From assembly GCF_030684315.1 (NCBI RefSeq), contig NC_081355.1, positions 66,736,924 through 66,800,923 on the forward strand: a stretch of 64,000 bases of DNA. Direction: 5' to 3'. Position 1 is the stretch's first letter; each line of letters opens with the position of its first letter. The translations under genes were made by a program, and so were the position numbers. The notes under the pieces are model-generated. The model saw only the letters and a program-made list of their open reading frames with translations. It was not told where the DNA came from and did no database searches. Of this stretch, positions 51,896-63,239 are shown in pieces. The stretch comes from Stegostoma tigrinum (Eukaryota).

Positions 51896-52171
51896 ATCGA
51901 AACAGGTGTAATATTGGAAATGAGACCACTTTAAATTTGAACTATTCAACTTTGAATCCTTATGGATTATCCTTATGTTGTCCAATTTACAATGTTATTG
52001 TTTGTAAACAGTCAACTCTCAACACAGAGATATTCAGTGAATTTGATGAACAATGCTTTGTGCCTGTACAAACTGCATGTGGCTGTTGTGCTGAGGTTGA
52101 TCTGAATTTCAAAAACACAATGAGCACTATGCATCTGTTCAGCTTCATGACAAACCTGACAGCAAGAAAAC

Positions 52172-52296
52172 TAAACACAAAGAACTGCAGGTGTTGGAAA
52201 TCTGAAATAAAAATAATTAAACAAGCAGGTTTGGCAGCATCTATGCACAGAAAATACATTTAACATATCACACGAAGTGACACTTCGTCAGAACTG
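52172..52296 (-). mobile_element. Penelope terminal repeat (second subfamily), decayed hammerhead
   Basis: Minus strand CAGTT-CTGACGA-AGTGTCACTTCG..; body aagaactgcaggtgttggaaatctgaaataaaaa. Confidence 0.7.
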
Positions 52297-54262
52297 TCAA
52301 TATTCAGAAAATGGTTGCATCTTTGCTGATAACAGGGTAGGACAGTAGTGGGAGGGTAACTGAATAGGGCACACGGTGCCCAGAGAAATAAAAAAGGGGA
52401 TAACAAGCAAACAAGTACTAACTGGTCATGTTGTGACCAGCTTTTGCACCTGACGTACATGAACAGAGAATGCATTTCACATTCATGATGATATCATGGT
52501 AAGGGATTTGGAGGTCTGCATTGGAGCTAAGTAATGGATGCAGCTGCCCTTGAAGGATCTCCTGTGAAGTGAAGCAACATGGCTTTGGACATCAGATGGA
52601 CCTTGGTTCTACCAATTCGAGGTACCCACATGTGCCCACCCACAACATCGAACTGAGACTGTCCTTTGTCCTTCTTACCCATACACCCACCATACACCCA
52701 CATCACAACCACCAACAGCATCACTAAGCCCCATGACTACACCTTGGTAATTCCCACCACTCTGCTGCATAGCAGCTCTAGTGAGCTGACGGTGATGGTC
52801 ACAATATGTCAGCAGCCCCATCACGCTGCATCCTAAGACCTCCTATGACCACTCTATCTCTCTGTCTCTCTCTCAACATCCCAGGCTGCTACCTACAACT
52901 CCCAGCATGATCCCCACCACCTCCCTTTCTCTCAGAACAGCCCACCCAATGTTCATTCCACTAATATTCAGGACTGGCCCTGGCCCACATCCTAGATTGC
53001 ACTGAGATGGACCCCCTTACTGTGACTGCTCAAATTGATGACTGTCCAAGCCCCTGCAGTATGCACAGATGCTTACCTTGAGAGACTTCACCAGGATCCC
53101 CTTACTGACATGGGACCTTTGACTCTGCTGAGGAGCCCCCTCAACTGCTAAACTCACCCTTCATCAGAATTATCCCCTCAAAAGTGTGTGGTTAATGAAG
53201 CATCATGTGCAGGAGAAGACAAAAATAATAGGGCAGACATTTTTTTTTAAAAAGAATGCTGCGGAGGACATTAAAATCCAGGTATGTGAAGCACTTAAGG
53301 TTAACAGGGCCATTTGAAATTTGTTTCCAATTATTTTACTTATTTCACAGTAGGAAATTGATTTGATAAAATAAGACTATGACCGGTATCCTGATCAGAA
53401 CTGTCTTTTTCATTTCATCGTTGGTTTTACTGAAAGCTTGATACTAAAGTGTATCTAACCTTTTTCCTTTCAGGCATCTGCACTGCATAGTGAATTCAGT
53501 GCGGGTAGCTTGCAATAGCAATATATATTCTGATCAACTGTTGCAATAATTTTTACTGTCACTGGAAAGATTGTGCTCACAATGCAATCATTCTAAATTG
53601 CTTCTTCATTCCTGACAGAGGTCAAAAATTGCCATGCATAACTAGAATCTTGACAGATATTAGCTATTTATAAGCAAAGGAGTAGGTATGAAGGTAAAGG
53701 AGAATTTATACAAAATCTTATAGCATCCAGGTTAGTGAGAGATCACTTCTTCATCAGGATAGTGTCCACTATTGCATTACAAGACTGATTTGAACGAGCT
53801 GTCATCATGGTTTCATTTTTCATTTTTTATATAACAGAGGTCTCTCAGTGCAGACATTTCTAGTGGCGAACATACCACATTGAATTTATCAATGCTAACA
53901 ACAATGAGATATGGTAGTTTCACGTATCATGTCTTACCTTCAGGGTCACAGTAGAAGCTTCTTACAATTTTGGACATAGTTTCTTCTATAAAAATTCAAC
54001 AATGTTTTGCGAAATCTTAACACAAGGTTAATTCTACACCAACAATCTATTGTTGAATTTTCCATGACAGAGGTTGCTGTGGACTGTGAATTGTGTTAGA
54101 ACCTGAAACAAAATGTGAACGCACTTTCCCATTGTGTTAAACTCATTTCAGTAAAATCTCTAAGTCCCGAACATATATTTACTGAAAATAAAAAAAATCA
54201 CATAGGAAAGGCCTTATATTCCGTGCATGATATAACAGATTACACAAAATATAAAAACACTC

Positions 54263-54895
54263 GAACATAAGAAATAGGAGTGGGGCAGCACATTTGTCTC
54301 TTCAAGCCTGCCCAACTATTGTATAGATCACAACGTAACTCTTTCAGGCCTCAGCTCTTCCTTCATGCCAGTTCCCTATAACACAAAACTTCCCAATATT
54401 TAAAAACTCCATCTACCTCCTCTTTAAATATTTTCAGTGATCTAACCTTCCCAGCTCTCTGGGGTAGAGAATATCAAGTATTTAATGCCCTCTGGGAAAA
54501 GAAATTCCATTACATCTTAGTTTTAAATGAATACACCCTTATTCGCATTATCCGTTGTTCAAGATTATGCCACTAGTGGAAACATCTCAACATCCAACTT
54601 GTCAAAGCCATCAAAAATATTGTATGTTTCAATAGAATCACCACTCAATCTTTTAAACACTAATTACAAAAGGACTAAACTCTTTTGCTGTTCTTGATCA
54701 GTCAATTCTTTAATCCCAAGAATCAGATTAGTGGCTCTCTTTTTAACTGGGTCTAATGCCAGAATGTTCTTTTTTTAAATTAGGAGATCAAAGCTGTAGA
54801 TAAAGTTCAAGGTACAGCTTCATCAACACCCTGTTCAATTGTTAAAAGACTTCCCTATGTTTAAACTCCAAACTCACTAACAATAAAGACCAAAC
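54263..54895 (-). mobile_element. Old CR1 3' fragment
   Basis: gaacataagaaataggag tail, ctctggggtagagaat, tgtatgtttcaatagaatcacc. Confidence 0.8.
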
Positions 54896-54929
54896 ATTTA
54901 CTCCTGCTCTATATTTTCCCTTTTCCATA

Positions 54930-56190
54930 ATTATGCTAAAGATAAATGTTATGAGACTATCTCCAAAATGATCACTGATTTCTACATCATCCATCCTACC
55001 CATTTCTGTTTGCCAAAACCTAATTTAGAATTCCATCCTTTCTCATTGGTCTTGTTATATGTTAAGAATGTTCTTTTGAAAGCATTTCATGAATGTTGTG
55101 CCCCTTGAGCCTGTCACCAGATTTGCATCCGAGTTCATACTTGGGTAGTTGAAATCCACAACTAAGATTGCCCCATTGTGTTTGCCCTTGGAAATTGCCT
55201 ACATATTTGCTCTTCTACCTCACCTGCACAATCTGTGGATTTGTAGTGTATACCTAGCAATTTAGCTGCCCAATTTTTGTTTCTGAGCTCAACCCATGTG
55301 ACCTCATTTAGAATAATATCTCCATCTCAGCTGCACTTGATTCTTTAACCAATAATGCTACAAACCTACCTTTTCTAATTCTCTTTTCTATTGTGTTTGA
55401 ATATTCTATATCCCATAATGTTAGAATGCTACTCTTACCCCATGTAAGCTTAATTTACATTTTTTCAATGATCTCATGGTGCCATGCGTCTCTGAGCCCT
55501 CAGTAAATCAGCTTTATTTGCTACACTCCTCTGGTTTACATTTTTCGCTCATACTGCCAAATAACTGTGTTGTACACATCTTAACCTGAGCTTCTTATAT
55601 TTTTCAGAGTCACTCACTAAACTTCTGCCTCTGCTTCGTGAACCTAATCCCCATTCCTACCAAAGTTAACGTGGGCAGTGATCTTTGGCAGGTCACCCTC
55701 CACTGGAAGAATGCCCTGCAGCTGCTCTGGAACGTCCTTCATCCTGGCCCAGGGGTACAACAACGAGCCATGTCAGCAGCCACAAAAACATCCGAAATTC
55801 CCAAACACTAATGTTTTCCAATGTTCTTTTTTAAATGAACTGTCATTTTGTCACCAATGTGGTGCTGACTGCAGTCCCTTCAGGAACTATCTCCCTCATG
55901 TATATCCAAAACAAAATAACAATTAGCAAGGAAAATTGACTCAGGAGACTCTTGTAATGCCTCCATGCTTTTCTACGCTGCCTGGCAGTCACCCATTCCC
56001 TCCCTGCTACACTTCTAACCTGCCTAACGTATCATCAACCTAGTCCTCTGCCTACTGAATGCAAGACTTGGTACTCCAGTTCTGAAAGCCAGAGCTCAAG
56101 CATCTGGGAACACTTTTTGCAGATGTGTTTGCCTGGGACAGATGTTCCAATTCTAATTTACTAGTACTAACCATTCGGCTTCTTATCCTG
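54930..56190 (-). mobile_element. Highly decayed CR1-like 5' (endonuclease/ORF1) remnant
   Basis: Antisense VDFNYP (GDFNYP-like) at ~55140-55160; the remainder is only weakly similar. Confidence 0.4.
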
Positions 56191-56377
56191 CACTGAAATA
56201 AGAGCCAACTGCTACGAGCAAGGTTGACTTTCAAGGGCCTGACTGCCAGTGGGCCAGTTGACAATGTTAAGTGGGCAATTAATTCTCAGTTGAGGGCCTC
56301 ATCCTATCACTGATAGCTTAACCTGATACTAAGAGCAGCCAAAATGTCTCCTTAACTGGCCCAGTGAGATTATCAGA

Positions 56378-56581
56378 GATAGTAGGAACTGCAGATGCTG
56401 GAGAATCCGAGATAACAAAGTGTGGAGCTGGATGAACGCAGCAGGCCAAGCAGCATCTTAGGAGCACAAAAGCTGACGTTTCGGGCCTTTCTGATGAAGG
56501 GTCTAGGCCCAAAATGTCAGCTGTTGTGCTCCTAAGATGCTGCTTAGCTTACTATGTTCATCCAGCTCCACACTTTCTTAT
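56378..56581. mobile_element. Inverted twin Penelope terminal-repeat element
   Basis: 78-bp arms 56411-56488 and 56505-56582 around ttCTGATGAagggtct; perfect 16-bp duplication CAGTGAGATTATCAGA at 56362-56377 and 56582-56597. Confidence 0.9.
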
Positions 56582-58005
56582 CAGTGAGATTATCAGATGG
56601 CTCTTCAGCAAGTTCATTACTATTGCGCACTCCAATAACTCAAAAAGGTTTCATCCCTCCCACCTCCCACATTGGCCTCACAAAACTTACACCCCCACCT
56701 CAACAACAAATGTGTCAGACATGATATTCAGTGCAGTAATTTGAGAGTTATTCGGAATGTAAAAGGAAGGACATGACTACAATGCTTAATGACAACTGTG
56801 CGATGGATTCACTGAAATGATTCAGGATAGAATACAACAGCCAGCAAAATCCCTCAAGCTCCGAGGTAGGAGTTGTATGTACAATTTATAATTATCATGT
56901 CATCAAGCAACAAAATAATTAAGCTTTTAAAATGGTTCACATGTGCAGTTGTTAAAGCATATTGAAGTTGCATAGATGTTTAATGCTTCCCTTTTTAATG
57001 TATTGCCAATGGCATGTTTCTGAGAGCGGTTCTTTCAGCTTATTTAGCACTTGCTATAATCATTTAGTTTGAACTTTGAAAGCAGTAATGTTTTCAATTA
57101 TAATTACATCTTCACTTTCAGAATAAATAAAAGTTGGGAAGGGAATCCCAAGCTGCAACAATAGGCTAACTCCAGATTAAAAGCAAATGACTTTTATAAT
57201 TATTAGAGTCAAATTGACTAACTTCAGGCCAGCATTATAACTTGAGATGATAAGCATGTGTATCCCAACCAGTGAGACGTATTGAGTTGAATTCAAGGCT
57301 GTCATGTTACATCTGGTAGATAAAGGAGATCAGGACCTGCCTATAAAAATTCAAACTATTGATTCTCGGGTATTTTCTGAAATGAAAATTCTACTGTTAC
57401 GTATTTTATGAAGACAACACTAAAGCCTTCAATCTAGTGAATAAAAGGTAGTTAGAGTTTTATCTCCATGAGATTTTAGTACTGCAAACATTTTAGGACG
57501 ATATTATATTTGATAGTATGCAAAAGCAAATTAGAAGCATATGTATCACAAAGAAACAGTATCCTTCAATTTGGTTTCACAGAGTATAGTTATGTTTGGG
57601 ACTACCAGTGGACGTTAGCAATTTCCTATTGTTCCTTATAATTATCAAAACTCTTGGTCTGGCAGGCCACACTTTCTCTGCATATAAACCGCTGCATTTA
57701 AGAAACAGAGTACCAGCGAATATTACCTGAAAGGGAGTTCTACAAGCAGGATGATCAGTATGTTCTTCTTTGCTGTGGATATTCCACAAGGACATTAAGT
57801 TGATTTACAGTATGCTAAAGGTATAATTGTTTCTGGCACAGATATGAAGGTTAGGTTTGTGTGATTGTCATGCTGTTTTATGGTATCTGCACACACCTCC
57901 ATATTTAGCAATGTAATCACAGTATAAAAGAAAGGCAAGGATTATATGTAAGATATAATAATGAAAACATTTTTTCTGGAAACAGACTAAATGCTTTACT
58001 GAGTG

Positions 58006-59610
58006 GGAGATAGAAAGAACTGCAGATGCTGGGAGCCAGAGTCGATAAAATGTGGAGCTGGAGGAACATAACAAGTCAGACAGCATTTGATGAGCGGAAA
58101 AGTTGATGTTTTGGGTCTGGACCCTTCACCAGGATTGGGTTTGGTGGAGGGGAGGGAGCTCAGAAATAAATAGACAGAGGTGGGTGAGGCTGAGCAAAGG
58201 TAAGTGGGATGGTGATAGGTGGATGCAGATTGGGGGTTGTACAGATTGGTCAGTGGAGAGGGTGGGTTGAATACATGAGAAGGAAGATGGACAGATTGTG
58301 TCAGATTAAGGTGGTGGGGATGAGAGGAACGACTGGAAATGAGATGAGACTAGGGGCGGGGAGATTTTGAATCTGGTTAATTCTATGTTGAGGCCATTGG
58401 ACTGTGAGCTCCTGATGTGGAATACAAGGTGTTGTTCCTCCAGTTTATGTGAGGCCTCATTTTGACAGTAGAGGAAGCCCAGGATGGACATATTGCCAGG
58501 GAAATAGGAGGGGGAGTTGGAATGGCTGGCAACAGGATAGTGTCGATTGGTACACAGATGCTCTGCTAATTGGTCATCAAGTCTGCACTTAGTCTCTCTG
58601 ATGTAGAGGAGCCAACATCTGGAGCAATGAATGCAATAAACCAGTTTGGAAGATGTACAGTTCAAACCTTATCAGACATGGAATGATATTTTGGGGAGAG
58701 TGGGTGTGTAGGGGCCAGTGTTGTACTTCCTGCAGTTGCAAGGAAAGGTGCTGGGTGTGGTGGAAGTGTTGGCAAGAAGTGTGGAGCTAACGAGGGAGTT
58801 GCGGAGTGAGCAGTCCCTACAGAAAACAGAAAGTGATAGGGAAGGAAATATCTTTTTTAGAGTGGGGTCTGATTGCAGGTGGCGAAAATGGCAGTTAATG
58901 ATGCATTGGGATTTGGAGGTTGGTGGTGTGGTATCTGAGGACCACAGGGATTCTGTCCTTATTGTTGGTGGTGGGGGGGGGGGGAGTGCAGAAGGGCAAG
59001 AGATGTGGTTAAGGGCATTATGAATCACGGGAAAGGGGAAGTGACTGTCCTTGAAACAGGAGGACACCTGGGATGTCTGGGAGTGGAACACTTCAGCCTG
59101 GGAGCAGATGTAGTGGATGCAGAGGATTTGGGAGTATGGGATTGGGCTTTTACAAGAAGGTGGGTGAGAGGAGATGTAGTCAAGGCAGCTGTGGGAAACA
59201 TTGGGTTTGAAATAGATGTTGGTGCTGTGTCAGTTGCCGGAGATGGGAACAGAGACGTCCAGGAAGGGAAGGGAGTTGTCAGAGGTGATCAGGGTGAATT
59301 TGAAGTCGGGGTGAAAGGTGTTGGTGAAGTGGATGAACTATTTGGTCTCGTTGTGGGAGCACGTGGCAGTACCGATAGCTGCGGAAGACGACTGTTCATT
59401 CGAAGAGGCAGGCATCGCTCGGACGCACGCAGGTGCCCATTACCCCATCCCACCAACCTTCCCCAACCCCACCCCTCTCCCTCTATTTACTTCCGAGCTC
59501 CCTTCCCCATCCCCACTCCTGATAAAGGATTAGATCTGAAACATCGACTTTCCTGCTCCTCAGATGCTATCTGACCTGCTGTGGTCCTCCAGCTCCATAT
59601 TTATCAACCC
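58006..59610 (-). mobile_element. Penelope-like retroelement, 5'-truncated, with inverted terminal repeat
   Basis: GIY-YIG ORF 58306-58665 (LVYCIHCSRC..LYIRETK..EH..VASH..GLN), linker 58672-59091, RT tail FTNTFHPDFKFT..LPFLDV (~59250-59340); terminal repeat at ~58006-58250 and an inverted copy at ~59436-59610. Confidence 0.9.
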
Positions 59611-60094
59611 TAAATAAATTATTGTAAGAGTGCTATCTGTTTGTTGAGATAGAAATTTCTTGCTATTTGGTTTGATGTGCCACAGGCATTCCATTCTGAT
59701 AGTTACCAGAGGACTGGGCATGGGTGGGGTGCAGATTGAAAATGGACCAAGTGCCAGTTAAAGCCATAGAGTGGAGATCCCACTGAATTTACCAGCAGGA
59801 CTTATGAGCAGAATCACGGCATTTGTCCAAGTGGCTGTGGGGCATGCAGTAAGAGAGTTCATTTGAAGGAGGTTGTTGCTGGCGAGCTCTGGGGCTATTC
59901 CTCAACAACTTGAAAAAAAGAAGAGGTTTTGATCAGAGGTAAGGATAATGGTTATGATTAAAAGTTGAGGAGAAAAGCTTAGTAATAGGGATGGCCGGGA
60001 AGAAGAGGCTTTAAGTGGTGACTGGATGAGACTAAACACAATTCCTTCAAGACTAGGAGGTACTTCTCACCCACAACAAGTCCTGAAATGGGCA

Positions 60095-60938
60095 TCTAAT
60101 GATGAGGGAGACATCATACGTCCATACTTGCAAACAATGAACTTCTATTTATACAGCTCTGAAAATCTCCTGGCTCTCTTCTGAGTATGTTTAATCAACC
60201 TGTTCCTTTCACTATCAGATTTCCCCAGCAGCTCGTAACTATGGTGTTGTAGACTGCTCTATCCACAGTTTACTTTTGCCAGAGCTATCATTTAAATACA
60301 AAGTGTCAGGCCTCATGGCTCAGACCACCAATAGCTCCTATGGGCTGGCGTACGGACCACATCATCAAAGAAACTTAACCTTTTAATGCTGCCCCCACCC
60401 ACCCGAGTCACCTTCAGTAAATTGACTCTTTTTCTACCTCGTCCCCTAGTTATTTGTAGCATTTTCTCTTTGTATGAATGTCGTCCCTCATGCAAATCGC
60501 ATAATTCAGATATCTCACCTTTAAAAATGATGTTCAAGCATTGTGACTGAAACATAAATTTGAGCAAAATAGCATATTGAAATAAAAATAATGCTGTTTG
60601 TGTCAAGTGTTTTTGAGCAGGGCACTGGTTGTGCTGGAGTGGGCATGAGTAGGGAAATAAGTTAACAGCATGAGCCTGTGAGATTATGCTATAATGATGA
60701 TTGAAAGTCATAGGCTAGAAAACCAAGCTTGCAAAGGGCTCATGGTACATTGGGAGTGTCCCTACCTCTGAGCTAAGATGCTTGGATTTATGACCCATCT
60801 ACTCCAGTGCTGTGTCATAACATCATTAAACAGGCTGATTAAACATATCTTGAAGAGAACATGGCAATATTCAGAGCTGTGTAAATAAAAGTTCATTGTT
60901 AACATGCATGGACATAAGATGTCTCCCCCATCATTAGA
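60095..60938. repeat. 110-bp inverted repeat (60095-60204 / 60829-60938)
   Basis: Hand alignment gives about 90/110 identities without gaps. Confidence 0.85.
60735..60850 (+). mobile_element. Short tRNA-derived SINE
   Basis: gtgtccctacctctgagc..tgtcataacatc..aacaggctgatt, family of 8509 and 16966. Confidence 0.6.
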
Positions 60939-61230
60939 ACCAGAAGGCATAATCTCAGATGCAAAGCTGCACATTTAAGACAAAGTTGAAAAGGAATTTC
61001 TCCTCTCAGAGTGTTGTGAATCAGTGAAATTCTTTACTGTAGAGGTTGGGTCATTTTGTACATTCAAGGCTAATATAGACAGATTTCTAATCAGTATGGG
61101 AAGTACGGACCATGGGGAAAAGGCAGGAAACTGGAGTTTAGGATTATCAGATCAGATCTGATCTCATCAAATGGTGAAACAGACTCGATGGACTGAATGG
61201 CCATATTCTGCTTTAATGTTCTATGGGTCT
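60915..61230 (+). mobile_element. Old CR1 3' fragment
   Basis: aggaatttctcctctcagag..gactcgatggactgaatggcc. Confidence 0.75.
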
Positions 61231-61858
61231 GAGAAATATGGTGGCAACGTGTGCAAATTAAGGGTAATGAAGACCCCAAAAGCAGCAAGTAATAAAGGAA
61301 AAGAAAATACAAAGATAGCTAACCACGTAAATACTTCAGCAAATCAGAAGACAGAAAGACAAAGAAATCTGCTACCTCCTGAGCACTATAATAACTGCAA
61401 GCAAGCTAGGAAGCAAAAAGAGGAGGCAGGACAATTCAAACAATTTTGAAGAAAAATAATGACATTTGTTTGGTTCTCTTGAGTTTCAGATTAGCACCAT
61501 TGTAAAATGGATTATCTGCAGCTACATTATTAGTATGGGGAAGACTGCAAAATCAGCTTCCATTGTTACCTGGAACATTAAAACTTCATATCATCTTCAG
61601 AAGATCATAACTAAGTGAGAAAATGTGAGCAAGTCCAAAGATAAAAGCAACCAGGAATTTTGGTCAACGTCATCGAGCATGCAAGTTGTCAATTCTTCAG
61701 CTACGAAGAGGAATGGCTTTCAGTCTGATAACAGGAAGGAACAGTGCTTAAGAAAACAGAAGAGCTGACATTCTACTTGGTGGGGACAAGTTATTTTAAG
61801 GAGAAATCAGAAAGCCTTCGCCTACTTGAAAAGAAAACCAGCATGAACTTGGAGGTTA

Positions 61859-62039
61859 AAATTATATCAGAGATAATGGGAACTGCAGATGCTGGAGAAT
61901 CTGAGATAACTAAGTGTGGAGCTGGATGAACACAGCAGGCCAAGCTGCATTTCTGATGAAGGGTCTAGGCCCAAAACATGCGCTTTTGTGCTCCTAAGAT
62001 GCTGTTTGGCCTGCTGTGTTCATCCAGCTTCACACTTTG
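61859..62039. mobile_element. Inverted twin Penelope terminal-repeat element
   Basis: Arms aagtgtggagctggatgaacacagcaggccaa / ttggcctgctgtgttcatccagcttcacactt; CTGATGA core; perfect 15-bp duplication TGAACTTGGAGGTTA at 61844-61858 and 62040-62054. Confidence 0.9.
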
Positions 62040-62054
62040 TGAACTTGGAGGTTA

Positions 62055-62282
62055 TGAGCTGTAGAGCTGGATGAACTCAACAGGCCAGGCAGCATCAGAT
62101 GAGCAGGAGAGCTGACCTTCCGGCTCTGGACCCTTCTTCAGAAAGGTTCTTCATTTCTGAAGAAGGGTCCAGATCTGAAACGTTAGCTTTCCTGTTCCTC
62201 TGATGTTGCCTGACTGCTGTGTTCATCCAACTCTACACCTTGTTATCTCAGACTCCAGAATCAGCAGTTTCTATGATCTCTG
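62055..62282. mobile_element. Inverted twin Penelope terminal-repeat element with back-to-back hammerhead motifs
   Basis: Arms ~62061-62144 and 62154-62238; plus-strand core CTGAAGA(62157)-AGGGTCCAGATCT-GAAAC-GTT-AG is intact. Confidence 0.9.
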
Positions 62283-62604
62283 AACATTAAGGTAACTACT
62301 TTGACTTTTAAGAAGAGAAAGGGACACTCAAGAATCTCTACAATTATCCAAGTGATAGCGACTGAAGTTGAGAAAAGAGAGAGTAAATGATCCCATCAAT
62401 CTCAGAAACAAATCCGAACAAAATCAGAGAGGGGTATGAAACCACATCTTATACTAACCCTGTGACATTTCAGAATTTGAGGGAAAATGGCAGAAAATGT
62501 AAATATTGGGAGTAAAGATTTAGAGGGGCAGTAGAATGAGAAGTAATGACTTAATAGCGTTGAGTCCAAGAGATCTTAATGTCATGATGCTTTAAGTTGA
62601 CATG

Positions 62605-62738
62605 ACTGGAAGAGTCAGTAGACTCTCAACATTAATTCTGCTTTCTTTCCACAGATGCTGTTCTACCTGCTGAGTTTCATCAGCAATTTCTCTTTTCGTT
62701 TAAGATCTCCAGCAGCCGAAGTTCTTTGTTTTATTTTG
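62605..62738 (+). mobile_element. Penelope terminal repeat (second subfamily), decayed
   Basis: gaagagtcagtagactc stem II, aacattaa, ttccacagatgctg..cctgctgagttt..cagcaattt. Confidence 0.7.
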
Positions 62739-62879
62739 TATGACTAGGAGAAAGTCCAGAGAGAGCTCTCGTGGTGGGGTACTTTGAGCTTGTGTAGAGC
62801 CATGGCTGTAAATTAAAAATTATTGTTAAAACATACGTAAAGTTATTTGAAAGTCAATAAGAACCATAGAGATCTTACT

Positions 62880-62990
62880 GCAATCAACCTGTTCAGAGAT
62901 GTCATTACGTACCTCTGGAGTGGGTGGGACATGACCCTATGCTTCCTTGTTCAGAGATAGGGACATTACCAGTGCAGCACAAGAACCTTC
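62880..62990 (-). mobile_element. Short tRNA-derived SINE
   Basis: aatcaacctgttcagagatg..gatagggacattaccagtgcagcacaag, antisense of the 60735 family. Confidence 0.6.
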
Positions 62991-63239
62991 CAATGAGATC
63001 CATATCAGCTTCTCTAGAAGATCTGGAGGTGATAGTGCTACCATTTGGCTTCTGCAACTCAAAGCTCAGCAAAGAGCAAGTCAGCTAGTGTTCCTGCTTT
63101 TAAGCTCTACCTATCCCACCTGTTACAAGTTTCAAGCAAGCACAGATTTGGGGATCAGCATATTGTCTCTGTAAAAAGAATTGGATTAAAAATCTATTAG
63201 GCTTATTAGTTGTTATCCTTAATTCGTGTCAATTCACTG

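Noticed and set aside
56411-56582. miRNA precursor or DNA-transposon MITE
   Set aside because: The arms are Penelope terminal-repeat sequence with asymmetric ends and a 16-bp TSD, unlike cut-and-paste TIR elements; there is no miRNA evidence.
59005-59574. 189-aa Gly/Val-rich ORF
   Set aside because: It is the antisense of the Penelope RT reading into the inverted terminal repeat.
61844-62295. CRISPR-like repeat-spacer array
   Set aside because: The direct repeats are target-site duplications around Penelope repeats in a vertebrate genome; there is no regular spacing and no cas gene.
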